The notes under the pieces: model-generated
What the model was told of the DNA's origin: nothing
Databases searched by the model: none
The model's input: the letters and a program-made list of their open reading frames with translations, nothing else
Position numbers and translations under genes: made by a program
NCBI RefSeq assembly: GCF_006345805.1
Contig: NC_043004.1
Span: 25,606,001 to 25,670,000 of the forward strand
Reading direction: 5' to 3'
Source: Octopus sinensis
Lineage: Eukaryota
Length of the DNA: 64,000 nucleotides
Shown: positions 1-12,462 of the stretch, in pieces
Position numbering within the stretch: position 1 is the stretch's first letter
How the letters are laid out: the number at the start of each line of letters is the position of its first letter

Positions 1-436
1 TACCTAGCATTTTAAAGAGTAGAATGCATCGGGTCATGCCAGGTCCAGTTTTTAAAATTTAAACTCCAATTAAGCAAAATTTACAGAAAACTCACATTCT
101 GGTGTGTATGTCAAATGCTTTTCTTAGTCTGGTTTACAGCACACACAAACGCACACACACAGTGTGCAACGAATAAAATGAAACTAATTCACTGTGTGTG
201 TTGACAGGTAGACAATAGAATGCGATGGCAATGGCGATGTAATATTTGTTTCTGTCTATCACGCTGATAGATACATGAGTAAAATGTATGGCAAGCTAAG
301 AGATAAGAGTGAGTGAAAATGTTCTTGGAAGAGAGTAAATAGCAACAGAGTGATTTGAGGAAGACTAAACTGAAAGTATGAAACAGTGTTTATGTATAAA
401 CAGACGACACTTATATATAGTTATGTATGCATCTGT

Positions 437-766
437 TTAACCCTTTCGTTACCAAACTGCCCGAATTTACCTATTCATATTTAAATGAAAATATCAGAGT
501 AAATCTCTTTAGTACATTCGTGAAAATACGTATTATACTTCGTAAACACTTCAAATACAGTTTTGTACAAAAATCGAAGTGTAATTTTAATTCCGTGAAT
601 TATGGGAGATTTTTTTCCGAAATTTGTTCCTATTGTGTTTTCAAAATTTGTAATTCTGACAAAAAATGGATACGAATTTCATTATATCAAGCAGCGAGTC
701 AGAATTCGAAGGATTTTCTACTGAAGACCTTCATAAATCTAACTCTATGACTGAAAAAAAAAAGCA
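437..766 (+). mobile_element. piggyBac-like left end/MITE, interrupted by a Helitron
   Basis: Begins TTAA-CCCTTTCG; contains the acidic start MDTNFIISSSESEFEGFSTEDL. No right end was found. Confidence 0.35.
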
Positions 767-1167
767 TCTTTATATAAGAGTGAAGTTGTGTGTCTGTCTC
801 CTACGATTTAGATTCGTAACTACTCCCACATTTTGCGGTGCAGTTTAACCAAAAGCGGGTATCTTATAGTCGTGATTCATATCGAGCCTTTCTGGGTATT
901 AGCGCGCGTCTACGATGATCTATCTAACGATTTAAAAAAAATTTACCATCATATTTTTCCATTTTAATGCATTTTTTTCGCTATTATATAAGGGAAGTAA
1001 CTCACTTAAAATATCTACGATGTGTCAACGATTTAAAAAAAAAATTTACCTTAATTTTTTTTCAATTTTTAATGCATTTTTTTGCTATTTTTTTGGCTAT
1101 AACTCTCTAAAAATGCTTATATAGTTATTTCCCTTACAACCCGAGCAACGCCGGGCGATACTGCTAG
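767..1167 (+). mobile_element. Non-autonomous Helitron
   Basis: Starts A/TC and ends with the CCCGAGCAACGCCGGG hairpin plus CTAG/T. Homologous to 1447-2287 and 47502-47897. Confidence 0.85.
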
Positions 1168-1447
1168 TAGATATATAAATGTATTTATATATTCATCTAT
1201 GCACACATGTATGTATAACGTGTGTGTATATATTTCCATAGAGGTAACCATTCACTCCATACAAAGTTTTTTATGACGAAAATAAGATCTAAAGTTATCT
1301 CTAAGAAACAGAAAGATCGCCCAAAAGTGTATATAGATATTTAAATGTATTTATATTCATCTATACACACTTGTATGTATAATGTGCGTGTATATATTTC
1401 CATAGAGGTAACCAATCAATCCATGCAAAGTTTTTTAGGACGAAAAT
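1168..1447 (+). repeat. Direct repeat of about 115 bp (1168-1283 and 1334-1447) between the two Helitrons
   Basis: tagatat..aaatgtatttatattcatctat...gacgaaaat occurs twice. Confidence 0.85.
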
Positions 1448-2287
1448 CTTTATATATAAAAGAAAGTTGTGTGTGTCTACTCCGATTTAGATTCCTAACT
1501 ACTCCCACATTTTGCGATGCAGTTTAACCAAAACCGGGTATCTTATAGTCGTGATTCATATCGACCCCTTCTGGGTATTAGCGCGCGTCTACGATGAGTC
1601 TACTACGATTTTACAAATAATTTACCATCATTTTTTTCCATTTTAATGCATATTTTTTTAATTAAGGGAAGTAACTCTCAAAGTTCACACCAATATGCGT
1701 GCTCATATGCGACGTAATATCACATCAGCAGCATTTCCTCACACCCTCCTTGCACTTGGCGAAGGCAAAATACCAGGGGATGAAAATGGTAATATTGCCA
1801 TCGATTCCATTTGTACCATTGTTAAGACGCCTTCTGATCTCAGAGATGCAGTGTTCCCAGATCTACAAGCTAATTATCAGAATATGGATTGGATTGGCAA
1901 AAAGGCTATACTGGCCCCGAGGAATAAACTGTTCACCATATTAATGATGAAATGCTAAAACTCATTCCTGGGGAAGTCTATGTATATCAGTCTATCGATA
2001 CAACTCCTGACCAGAGGACGTCATCAACTATCCAATAGAGGTACTCAATTCCTTTGAGCACCCCGGACTACCACCACACTTTCTCAAACTTAAAGTTGGT
2101 GCCCCTATAATGCTCATCAGAAATTTGGTTCCCCCCAAACAATGCAATGGCACACGTTTGATCGTTAAGTCCTTATCTCCCACCGTAAACTTATTCAATA
2201 TTTCCTGAATAATCATCATATTCAGTGCAATCATTAACAGTACTTTCAAGCAATTCAGCCCCGAGCAACGCTGGGCAATTCTGCTAG
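1447..2287 (+). mobile_element. Internally deleted Helitron retaining a Pif1-type helicase fragment
   Basis: A/TC start and hairpin plus CTAG/T end. The 5' 240 bp are shared with the short copies; a helicase fragment lies inside. Confidence 0.9.
1695..2188 (+). pseudogene. Frameshifted Helitron RepHel Pif1 helicase fragment
   Basis: LGEGKIP...VFPDL..NY..W..AILAPRN, then after frameshifts [41 protein letters not shown]. Confidence 0.9.
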
Positions 2288-2318
<31 letters not shown>

Positions 2319-2554
2319 TGTGTGTGTAAAAGTGTTGTTGTTTAACTCCAAGCCAGCTCTGAGAAGACCAACAGTCAGTGACCTGCCAGTCATGATCATC
2401 CTGTCGTTTTCAGACAATAGTGTATTTAAGAATACATTTTTCTGTGTGTCCTATTGGATTTGGCTGTTATTTCTAATACAATGTATACAACCATAAAGAA
2501 GGTTTTATGTTAGCCCATAACAAAGTCTAGATAAACACAATATAAACATCATCA

Positions 2555-2930
2555 TAGTCTTACAATCTATATTTTCTGCCATCATCATCATAGCTATCAT
2601 CACCAAGAGCATTACCTCCACCACTATCATCACCACAATTACCAACAATAACTGCTGTCACCACCACCACCACTACTTCTATCTCCACTACTACAACTAC
2701 CAGCAATACTGCATCACCACCACCACCACCACAAACAACAACAGCACTATCTCCAACACTACAACTACTACCAATACTACAACCACCACATCTCCTATAC
2801 AACAACTACAGCAATACTGTGCCACCACCACTACAGCTACCATCATCACCACAGCTACCATCATCACCACTACCTTAAGTGCCTCCTTCACTATTACCTC
2901 CACCATCACCACCACCATCATTACCTCTAA
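2555..2930. repeat. (ACC/ACT/ATC)n degenerate trinucleotide tract
   Basis: caccaccac/actactac runs. Confidence 0.85.
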
Positions 2931-3847
2931 CCTTTTCCCCTTTGTTTTATTCATACCCCCCTCTCCCATCCTTTCCTATCTTGTCTGTATTTTCTCTCCC
3001 ATCTTGTATCAATTTCTCCCTTCTCTTTATTTACCCCCCCTCCACACACACACACAATCTTAACTTTCTTTCCATTTATATATTTTCACTCTAATGTGAA
3101 ATTACATTCCATTACTTAGCACCCCGTCCCTGTGTCTGTCCTTCCCCCTTCACTCCTGCAAGTAATAACTTACACACCCCTATTTTCTTTCTCTGTTTCC
3201 ACCTTAAATTGTGCCCCTTCCCTACATGCCCAACACTTAGGGCTATTTACAGTTTTAGTAATTACCTAGGTTGTGATCACATGTAAATGCACCACTCCAC
3301 CTACCACCTTACCCACAGCTGCCAACTGAACTGTATACAAGTGCAGTTGATTGAAAAAGCTAGGGCATCTTCATAAAATGATTCACCTCAATTTTGGATG
3401 GCTGAAACTGGATGCCCTTCACCACCTCACTCTGCCCCCATAACATTTCTGGTGATGGGATGTTATCCTCAGATACTTAATGTGCCCAACCAATGCATAA
3501 CGCAAATCTGGAGTAGAAGTGGTTAAAGTGTCAGACAAAATGCTATTTTTAGTTTGGAACCTTTCCATTCTGAGTTCAAATCATACTGAGACATATATTT
3601 CATTGAAGTTGGTTACTCATGAAATATGCATTTGTTAATTCACTCAACTATGTTAAACACTCAAAATGTTAATTCACTCAACAATCCTACTACTTCCATT
3701 CTACTAAACACTTGTCAATATATATGTAAAACATATTAATCACCTTATGAACTTATGTGACTAAGTATTAATCAGTAATAACATGCTAATATGTAGGCTA
3801 CATACTGTCATTGGTGACCCATTCCATCTATAGAAAATCTTGTAGAA

Positions 3848-4140
3848 GTTATATGTTCCATAATGAAGCTACAGGCTAATATTCTGTAATGAGTAGACTG
3901 GCAGTATATTCTCTGATGAAGACACTGAAGGTATATTCTCTGATGAAGAAAGAGGAGGAATAATCTATGATGAAGACATGTTGTATACCATGTGATGAAG
4001 ACACAGGTGGTATTTTCTGTGATAAAAGCACCATATGATGCAAACAGAAGCAGTGTATTCTGTGATGAAGGCACAGGAGGTATATTCTGTGAAGATACAT
4101 GTAGTATAGCTGTTAGGAAAGACATGGGTATATATTCTGT
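3848..4140 (+). repeat. Degenerate 27-bp minisatellite (gtatattctctgatgaagacactgaag)
   Basis: Units at 3904 and 3931 share 18 of the first 19 bases; roughly 8-10 decayed units in total. Confidence 0.7.
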
Positions 4141-4196
4141 GATAGTTTATTTGGTTTATTCGTATGGAGTCAGAGAGTGAGGTTGGTTTAGATGAG

Positions 4197-4392
4197 ATGG
4201 TAGTATTTTGTATTGAGCCTGAGAGCAAAACTATACATATATGTGTCTGTGTATGTGCGTTTGTGTATATGTGTGAATTTGTATGTGAAGTGTTACAGAT
4301 GAGGAAAGTATGGTAACACCAGAAATTGCAAAAGCTGTAACATGCCTTCAATGATGCATATAGAATACAGTTGAATATGAAACTGCAGTGAT
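4197..4392 (+). repeat. 196-bp segment duplicated at 6238-6433
   Basis: Four substitutions counted between the two copies. Confidence 0.9.
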
Positions 4393-4625
4393 GGTGGAGG
4401 TGGTGGTAGTGGTAATAGTACATGAATTTGGTAGTAATGGTGTTTGTGATTGTGGTCAAAGTTGTGGTGATAGTGGAGGTGGTAGTGTTGGATGTGATAA
4501 GAATGTAATTTATTTCTAAGAGATGTGGCTGTTATTGTGTTATTGTGACAAATGCAAAAAAGATTTTTATTTCACAGGAAACTGAAAATAATAGAAATGC
4601 AAATAGGTGTATGTGTATATGCATG

Positions 4626-4676
<51 letters not shown>

Positions 4677-5448
4677 TGTGTGTACGTACGTACGTACGTA
4701 CGTACACGTACACACATGTTCCTAATTCTGGTATCTGTACAGTTTCGCTAACTGAAAGTTATGAAAGCAGCAAAGACAGTCAAAAGTGTTTGTTATACTG
4801 TACTAATTATGAAATAAGACAGAGCAGTAATTATGCTGAGGTGGTGTCTGTCAAATGTCAACAGTGACAATATAAGGAGAAAAAGTAAGGTGTGATTATT
4901 GAGATCTTAGGGTCAGAAATAATAATGATTAAAACTAATTACATCAATCACATAATTATTACCTGCTCTGAGGCTTCTGTTCATGCAGACATGTAACTTT
5001 GGATTTGATATTTTAATTTTTTTTTTTTATAAATAAGTAGATTCTTGTTTGCTTTTGTACATTTCATCCTTTCTGTGCGTGTGTGTGTGTATTTCTACTC
5101 ATTTAGATGTATCATACATGCATACATATCTATTTACCTGCAAACATATCTATATACATACCTATGTACCTACTTACCTATAGCTACCTACCTACATACT
5201 TACCTACCTACTTACCTATAGAGTAGCTGTTGACTTGTAGATATGTATGACCATCACTGGCAAATTATCTTATCCTATGTTTTAAAGACAATGGCTATCA
5301 GCAATGCTCATATTGTAATTTAAAGTCAATAAAAGCTTGCACAACACTGCTAAGACTCTCACAAAGCCAAGTAGTCCAGAAATAAGCAAGAGCAAGATCT
5401 TGCATAAGCCAGGTGTTATTTCAGAATTTCCTTCTCTTAGAATGATGG

Positions 5449-5638
5449 CTAACCCCTTTAGCATTTAAACCAGCCAGATTCAGCCCAAATATTCTACCTA
5501 TTTTATATTAGAACCAGCCAGATCCAGCCTCTTATACCTACCCTATGATGTCATTCTAAAAAGATTACTATCACATCATCAAAATTTTTAAGCTCTGAGA
5601 TAATGCATGACTAAGTAATCTGAAGGCTAAAGGGCTAA
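5449..5638. mobile_element. Small MITE with degenerate TTAA-CCCTTTAGC-type termini
   Basis: ctaacccctttagc ... ggctaaagggctaa. Confidence 0.5.
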
Positions 5639-5938
5639 ACAAAGACAAGTTTGTCACTCTCAGCTATTGCATAGCTGTTGACTCTGAGTTCATCCATCCT
5701 GGTTTTCATCCTGCAGAATGTCCAATGCAGACCACCTTCTTTACCAAATGCTTTGTAGGGTTGCCAGTTTAATCACCAATGGTTCAACTATGCGACAGGT
5801 TGTATTGGGTTACATGTTACTAGTAACACTAAGAGTAACCTGACATATATCTACTTACCTATCAACATACATATATATACATACCTGTCTACATACATAT
5901 CTATCTACCTACCTATATATACATATATATCTACATAC

Positions 5939-6236
5939 GGGAGGTGCAACGGCCCAGTGGTTAGGGCAGCAGACTCACAGTCGGAGGATCGTGGTTTCGA
6001 TTACCCAGACCGGGCGTTGTGTGTGTTTATTGAGGGAAAACACCTAAAAGCTCCTCGAGGCTCTGGCAGGGGGTGGTGGCAACCCCTGTTGTACTCTTTC
6101 GCCCCAACTTTCTCTCACTCTCTCTTCCTGTTTCTTGGGTAACGCTGCGATAGACTGGCGTCCCGTCCAGCTGGGGGGAACACATATGCCACAGAAACCG
6201 GGAAACCAGGCCCATGAGCCTGGCTAGGCTTGAAAA
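5939..6236 (+). mobile_element. tRNA-derived SINE with V-domain-like body
   Basis: A box ggcccagtggttagg, B box ggtttcgatt. ctgcgatagactggcgtcccgtccag resembles the V-SINE core. The head is shared with 37961. Confidence 0.75.
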
Positions 6237-6433
6237 TATGGTAGTATTTTGTATTGAGCCTGAGAGCAAAACTATACATATATGTGTCTGTGTATGTGTG
6301 TTTGTGTATATGTGTGAATTTGTATGTGAAGTGTTACAGATGAGGAAAGTATGGTAACACAAGAAATTGCAAAAGCTGTAACTAGCCTTCAATGATGCAT
6401 ATAGAATACAGTTGAATATGAAACTGCAGTGAT

Positions 6434-6720
6434 TGTTGAGCAATGACTGAAAGATGACACTATTTCTGTTTTTAAGGTGTTATTTTATTGTTGTTCGCCT
6501 TTTGCTTTTTGTATAATTTGCTTGTTTCCTTCAAAACCTGTAACCTCAGACAAGATCTTTTTTCAACATTAATTTCTGTCAAGAGCAATAGATTCAACAT
6601 CATTATATGGTACATTCAGCTCCCCAAAACTGGTATTTAACAAATCTTTATACTGTTTTGGTCCCCACTGGTTTGCACTGTTTTTGCTTTCCAGCAGATG
6701 ACAGCTTGCCATAAAAACCA
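6434..6720 (-). mobile_element. RTE LINE C-terminal fragment
   Basis: Minus-strand translation GPKQYKDLLNTSFGELNVPYNDVESIALDRN resembles the RTE terminal RYKD.LK..L...W...A.DR motif. Confidence 0.55.
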
Positions 6721-7140
6721 TACGCGCACATATATAAATATATATATATTATCATCATCATTATTTTAAAATCTACTTTTTCCTGCTTGCATTAGTCAAA
6801 CGGACTTGGTTGTGACAAGTTTTCTATGGTGCGATGCCCATCCTGTCACCAAACCTCACCTCTTTCCAAATAAGCTAATATTTCCTCAAGGTTAAACATG
6901 TTTCCATGGAAGATTGGAAAGAGAACCCCACTTGTATGATGGTGACACTTGTTTGCAACTATCGCAAGATGTCAAGACAAGGGGATACTGATACACATGC
7001 ACAAGCACACACACACACCTATGAAATACATGTACACACACACACACACACACATACACACATGAAGACACACCATGTATACTTTTTCTACAGGCTTCTT
7101 TCAGATTCCATTGGCCAAATCTACTCACAAGGTTTAATCA

Positions 7141-7621
7141 GCCCATTATACCCATCATGACTACTCGTCTGATAAGGGTACACCAGGCACATGCATCAAC
7201 CATATGTGCGCAACATGGTGATCTAATAACAAGATAAACAGCGCATGACCTTGCAGGTGGGGCCCAGTTAGAATTTTCTTCTGGTCAAGTAGCCCATCCT
7301 ACTCAAAAGGTCCCTGAATAAGGATTGTTTAGGAATGTTGAACGAACCACCCATGTTTCCAAAGGTGAATTATCCAAACCCCAAAGAATTCCTTTCAACA
7401 CACGGCTATGATATTCCCCCACTACTTCTGCTTGTGATCAGCCACTAAGGGACATGCTCAACTGGTTAAGGTCAAACAACTGACAAGCAAATATGTGGTA
7501 CTGAGCAGAATATTTGCTGCAGTCCATCTTTTATACCAAGACAAAACAATATATATGACAATACTTCCAATCAGTTAAGATCAGAAGCCATGAGAGCCAC
7601 TGCCTGGTACTGCATCAGGGA
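7141..7621 (-). mobile_element. About 0.5-kb non-coding interspersed repeat abutting (TTA)n; homolog at 44880-45368
   Basis: Long near-identity with 44930-45360. Orientation is inferred. Confidence 0.75.
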
Positions 7622-7657
7622 ATTTATTATTATTATATTATTATTATTATTATTATT

Positions 7658-8178
7658 CTATGTTTGACTTTTGCTTTATGTTTGTACAAGTTGGCTCCAA
7701 GTCTCACCCAGAGACCTCAAAAGACAACAGGTTGGAAGTTCACGTTGTTGTTATGCCTAGTGTGCCATATATTTGGGTTTTTTTTTGGTGTTGTACTAGT
7801 GAATGTCTAATAAATAAATTAAAAAAAAAAAGTTTGTTTTAAACCTTGAGATTACATAGAGAGTATTTTGCGTAGGATATGAGCAGTTTCCATGAGCACT
7901 ATCTTTTGAATTTCTGCCATTTTGGGGTTTCCTGGTATCTGAATTAGGTAGCAATCAGCTCCTTTCGCTATCATTCCCAGGGCACCTATGACAACAGGTA
8001 TTGTTTTAGTCTTCAGGTTCCACATTTTGCTGATTTCTATATCAAGATCTTTATATTTGCTCAGTTTTTGGTAGGTCTTGACAGATACGTTTATATCGAT
8101 TGGGACAGTCATATCAATGAGGAGGCATGTTCTTTGTCTGAAGTGTTTCAATATGATGCCTGGCCTGTTTGCAATTAC
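7658..8178 (-). mobile_element. R4/Dong-like non-LTR retrotransposon 3' end (restriction-like endonuclease), inserted in (TAA)n
   Basis: NRPGI..CLLIDMTVP.D.NV...KLSKYKDL..IPVVIGALG..TAHILRK; TTA repeats on both sides. Confidence 0.85.
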
Positions 8179-8211
8179 TTATTATTATTATTATCATTAT
8201 CATTATTATTG

Positions 8212-8420
8212 TTTAAAAGCTGGCAAAATCATTAGCATGCCAGGCGTAATGCTTAGTTGTATTTCATCCCTCTTTACATTCTGAGTTCAAATTCAACCAG
8301 GGTTGTCTTTGCCTTTCATCCTTTCAGGATTGATAAAATAAGCACCAGTTGAGCACTGGACTTGATGTAATCAACTTACCCACTTCTCTGAACTTGCTAG
8401 TCTTGTGTCAAAATTTGAAG
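8212..8420 (+). mobile_element. tRNA-derived SINE of the abundant family with the GCCTTTCATCCTTTC...GATAAAATAAGTACCAG box (many more copies at 9372-9575, 29185-29720, 30466-31150, 56830-57360, 58470-58770)
   Basis: Recurrent ctgagttcaaatt B box plus the conserved central box. Confidence 0.8.
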
Positions 8421-9604
8421 GTACTATCATTATAATTGTCATTGTTGTTATTTTACATCCAACTTGCACTGTAGGTTACTCACTTCATTTGTCAACTTGA
8501 GATTTTCACTCTTTCTAACAGTATCCCTCTTTGTGTGTATATGTGTTTAAAATAAAGTGCAGAAAATAGTAGTACTGTTAGTGGTGGTGGTGTAGACATG
8601 TTGTGATGGAGGTTGTTTAAAAGTATCAGTGTTGATCACGATGGTGATGGTGGTGATGGTAGGGGTGAAGTAATGCAATGGTAACGAGGAGGAGAAAGTG
8701 GGCAAAAAGTGATAGTGTTAATATCTGCTGCTCTATGTCATGCTGTTGATATATTGAAACATAAATCATTGAATCTTATTAAATAGACATTAGTTACAAC
8801 AGCAGATATTGATCACAATAAAAAAACAATAAACAACAGCCGTAATGAAAAAATTCTTGTGAGGACAATGCAGTCTAAGACTCCGGAAATGTCTTAAATT
8901 ATTTCAGAATCTCAGTTCCAAATCCAAATGCTTCTTCTGTGGTAGGTGGGTGTAGTGTTGAGGCTGTAGGGGATGGTGGCAAGAGTGGTGGTGCTGAAGT
9001 AGTAGTGGAGTAGTAGTGGCAATATTGTGGTTGTGGTGATGGTTGTAGTAGTGAGGCAGGTGTCAGGCAATTTCATTGTTGTGTGGCGGAACCGACAGTT
9101 CTGATATCTCTCTGAGTCATTCTCATAAATGAAAAATTTGCTGTAACATCCCTAGATTTTCCAACTCGCCCAGCTTCCATCGAACTGGAACCAAACCCAT
9201 AAATACTCAAAGAGATTCATGCCTGTTATTTTACTCCATCTTTAGCTGCCATCAGTTGTGGGACGGTTTCTTTACTGTAATAAATTGAAGGAAATCTGGC
9301 AAGTAATGACTCAACAATGAATTAATACTGGATGGTCATAACAGAATTAATAATAATCATGATTGTTTCAAATTTTGGCACAAGGCCAGCAATTTTAGCA
9401 GGAAGGTATTTGTTGATTACATTGACCCCTTAATTGGTACCTACCTTATTGGCACCCCTCTCCCCCAAAGGATGAAAGGCAAAGTTAAACTTGGGGTAAT
9501 TTGAACTTAGAATGTTAAGAGCTGGGGAAAATGCATTTTGTCCAACATTCTAATGATTCTGCCATCTCACCACCTTAATAATAATAATAATAATAATAAT
9601 AATA

Positions 9605-9848
9605 GACAAATACATAACAATTCAGACAAATACATAAATTCAGACAAATACATAACAAAAACACCAGGACTTACAAACACATATAACATACAGAAAATTG
9701 CACTACTAGGCACTGCACACATCCTACGCAGAACACTTTCCATACAATAACCATCAGAGCATCACAACAAATCACAGCACATACCCAAGGCACACAGAGC
9801 TGCGCTCGGTAGTGAAGTGAAAGCACGCTATAAAAATAAAACTACTGA
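9605..9848 (+). mobile_element. R4/Dong-like 3' end in (AAT)n
   Basis: IQKIALLGTAHILRRTLSIQ* followed by 3'UTR; AAT repeats on both sides. Confidence 0.8.
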
Positions 9849-10061
9849 ATAATAATAATAATAATAATAGTAATAATAATAATAATGGTTTCAATTTTTG
9901 ATATAAGACCAGCAAGTTTAGAATCACCGGTCCTTATATCAACCCCAGTATATCACTGGTACTTTATTTTGTCAACCCCAGTACTTCACTGGTATTTCAT
10001 TTTATATCGATCCCAGTGCTTCACCTAATTTCAGCTTAGAATGTAAAGAGATGTTACTAAT

Positions 10062-10583
10062 TGTTGTGGCGGACTCCCCTAGGTGAGAAGTGGGCTGGTC
10101 CCCTATATTAATAGAGGACTGATGCAGTCAGTAAGGAAAAAAAAAATGCTTCTGTGTAAAACAAAAAAATAACAATAAGTCCAGGCAAAGGATTCTGGTT
10201 AGAAGAAAAAAAATTAATGATACATTTAAAGTGAGTCATGCCAGAAGATTTCAAATGTAAGCAGATATTATCTGTTGAAATTGAAAACGAATCAGTTGCT
10301 AAGAAAGTTAAAATGAACAAAGAAAATGCAAGCCATTTTGTGATTGAGGATACTAAACAAGTCCTCTTTGAAAAAACTCCAGGTGAAATGTCGATGGAAG
10401 AGGCTAGTGAAGAACACGTAGAAAATTCTGAAATTGGAGAATCTGAGAAAAGGTCCTTCTATTGAAAATGTTTCATCGAGGAATCGTTCTAATGCAAACA
10501 CTTTAAAAGATAATGAAAGTTTGCAGGTAACCGATCCAGTTTCTGCCAAGAAAAGTGTAATGAAAGGAAAAGTCATAGAAATG

Positions 10584-10619
<36 letters not shown>

Positions 10620-10930
10620 GGTTTGGAGATGATGTACAGGTATTTTATATTAGAAGAAATGAGGTACTCAGAAATTCGGATGGTTTTATATATATATATA
10701 TATATATATATGCTGTGAAGGAAAAAATAAATATAATTCTGTGTGAAAGATAAAGAAATAGTAATGAAAATAAATTTTTTAAAATGTTGTGTTGAAAAAA
10801 AAATCTGTAAGTGGGGAGGTGTTGTGACAGACTCCCCCAAGTGAGAAGTGGGCTGGTCCACTACTAATAAATAGTGGACTGACACAGTCAGTAAGGTCAA
10901 TCGGTGAAGGTACACCATTTGGACCAGTCC
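10062..10930 (+). repeat. Two direct repeats of about 76 bp (10062-10136, 10820-10896) enclosing a decayed K/E-rich reading frame
   Basis: tgttgtg.c.gactcccc..gtgagaagtgggctggtcc...gact...cagtcagtaagg occurs twice. Confidence 0.8.
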
Positions 10931-12462
10931 CGCAGAGATGACGAAATACATTGTCATAATGGGACATATCACTAATCATCACAAATCATTCTGTCTAATG
11001 TTTTATTGATTCTGCCAATCTACAGTCCTGAATTGTGGTAATAATGACATCATCATCATCATTATTTTATGTCCACTTTTCATGCTGGGATGGGTTGCCA
11101 TGGATGGTTTCAAGTAAGACTTGATATTCAGAGTTCCTACTCTTCAAGATCAATGGAAGACTATGTCTTACACCGACATTTATAGTTTGGTATCTAGAAC
11201 TGGATACCCTTCCTAATACCAACCACTTTACAGAGTGTCCGAGATCCCTTTTCTCGGACACTTGAGAATATTATGTTAGAAGTAGAGTTAAGGGGGTGTG
11301 CAGTTGAGAGAGAGAGGTGGGGAATATTGACCGTTAGCAAAAGAGGATGATAGATGGGTGTATTGTATACAGAATGGAAATGGGCTTCAATACAAATAGG
11401 TCTAGTGCTATCTCTTATTGGTGGTATGGCCCAGTGAGAGTAAGCAAAGCCAGCAAGTATACTCCTACACATGTAGATATAAATTCACTGAGGAGATACT
11501 TCCCTGCCTCCATCACTACCACTATTTCACTCTTAGTTTTGCCAGGTCTGTATGGCTTGTGGGAGAAAACTTCTCTGGCACTTCATGTTGCCAATCATCT
11601 CAAGCTGTGGAAAGATTGGAGGAACTGAATCAACATCAACATAAAGTAACATTTTACCAACACCAGAAAAGTTTTGAAGTCAGAACCTAGAGATGTAACT
11701 TATTACTAAAATCATGATATTTCTGCCATTCCTCTACTATTATGTTGTCTTGTATGTAGGTGCCAGCAAAATAATGATACTTAATGCTCTGAGTTCAGAT
11801 TACTCCAAGGTCAAATTTGACTTTTATTGTTTCAGAGGTTTGGTGAAAATATTGTAATGTCATATCAGATTGAATTGTGGTATTTGCTCTGGTTCTTAAT
11901 GGTCTCTGTTCAAATCTGACCTTCAAACAGCAGCCTGACTCTTTTGGCCCCTTGTGATGCCAGATGGGGCAAAAGGTTTGTGACATCATTAAATGTAAAC
12001 ATTGAAAGTGGATAACAGGACTAAAGATGAGATTATATTTTAAATTTAAATTAAATCTAAAATATTTCCATATTTTCGATATGATTCACATGTGGTTTAC
12101 ATATGTTTTATGCATGTTTAAATGCATATTTATATGAGTGTTTTATACATGTTAAATTTAAGATTTAAAAAAAAAAAAATAACAAATGAATTAGAAAATA
12201 TAATAGAAACCATTGGTTAAGTTTGACCAGATTTAGATAACATGATAGATGTGTGCTTCTATCTACTAGGTGTGTGTATGTAATCTATCTACTGTTACAG
12301 TGTCTCTGTATGTATACATGTGTGTATATACACACAAACACATTAACCCTACAGGGAGCTCAATCTATTTCAACAGCTTTAAAGATGATTCTCAATCAAC
12401 TTGCTGGAACAGTCTAAAACCCTTTATACAGATGATTGTTTATATGTATACATGCATACATA

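Noticed and set aside
2560-2969. Val/Gly-rich or Pro-rich ORFs
   Set aside because: Trinucleotide low-complexity tract.
4743-4890. Candidate plus-strand exon (cag/...aaa/gtaagg)
   Set aside because: No frame gives a recognisable peptide; unsupported without RNA data.
9156-9202. Possible terminal exon DFPTRPASIELEPNP* with downstream AATAAA in a CpG-containing unique stretch
   Set aside because: Weak polypyrimidine tract, no partner exon and no recognisable homology.
10820-10930. Superficial likeness to HCV-type IRES loops (ggtgaaggtacacc, actcccc)
   Set aside because: Short matches only; no IIId/IIIe/pseudoknot could be built.
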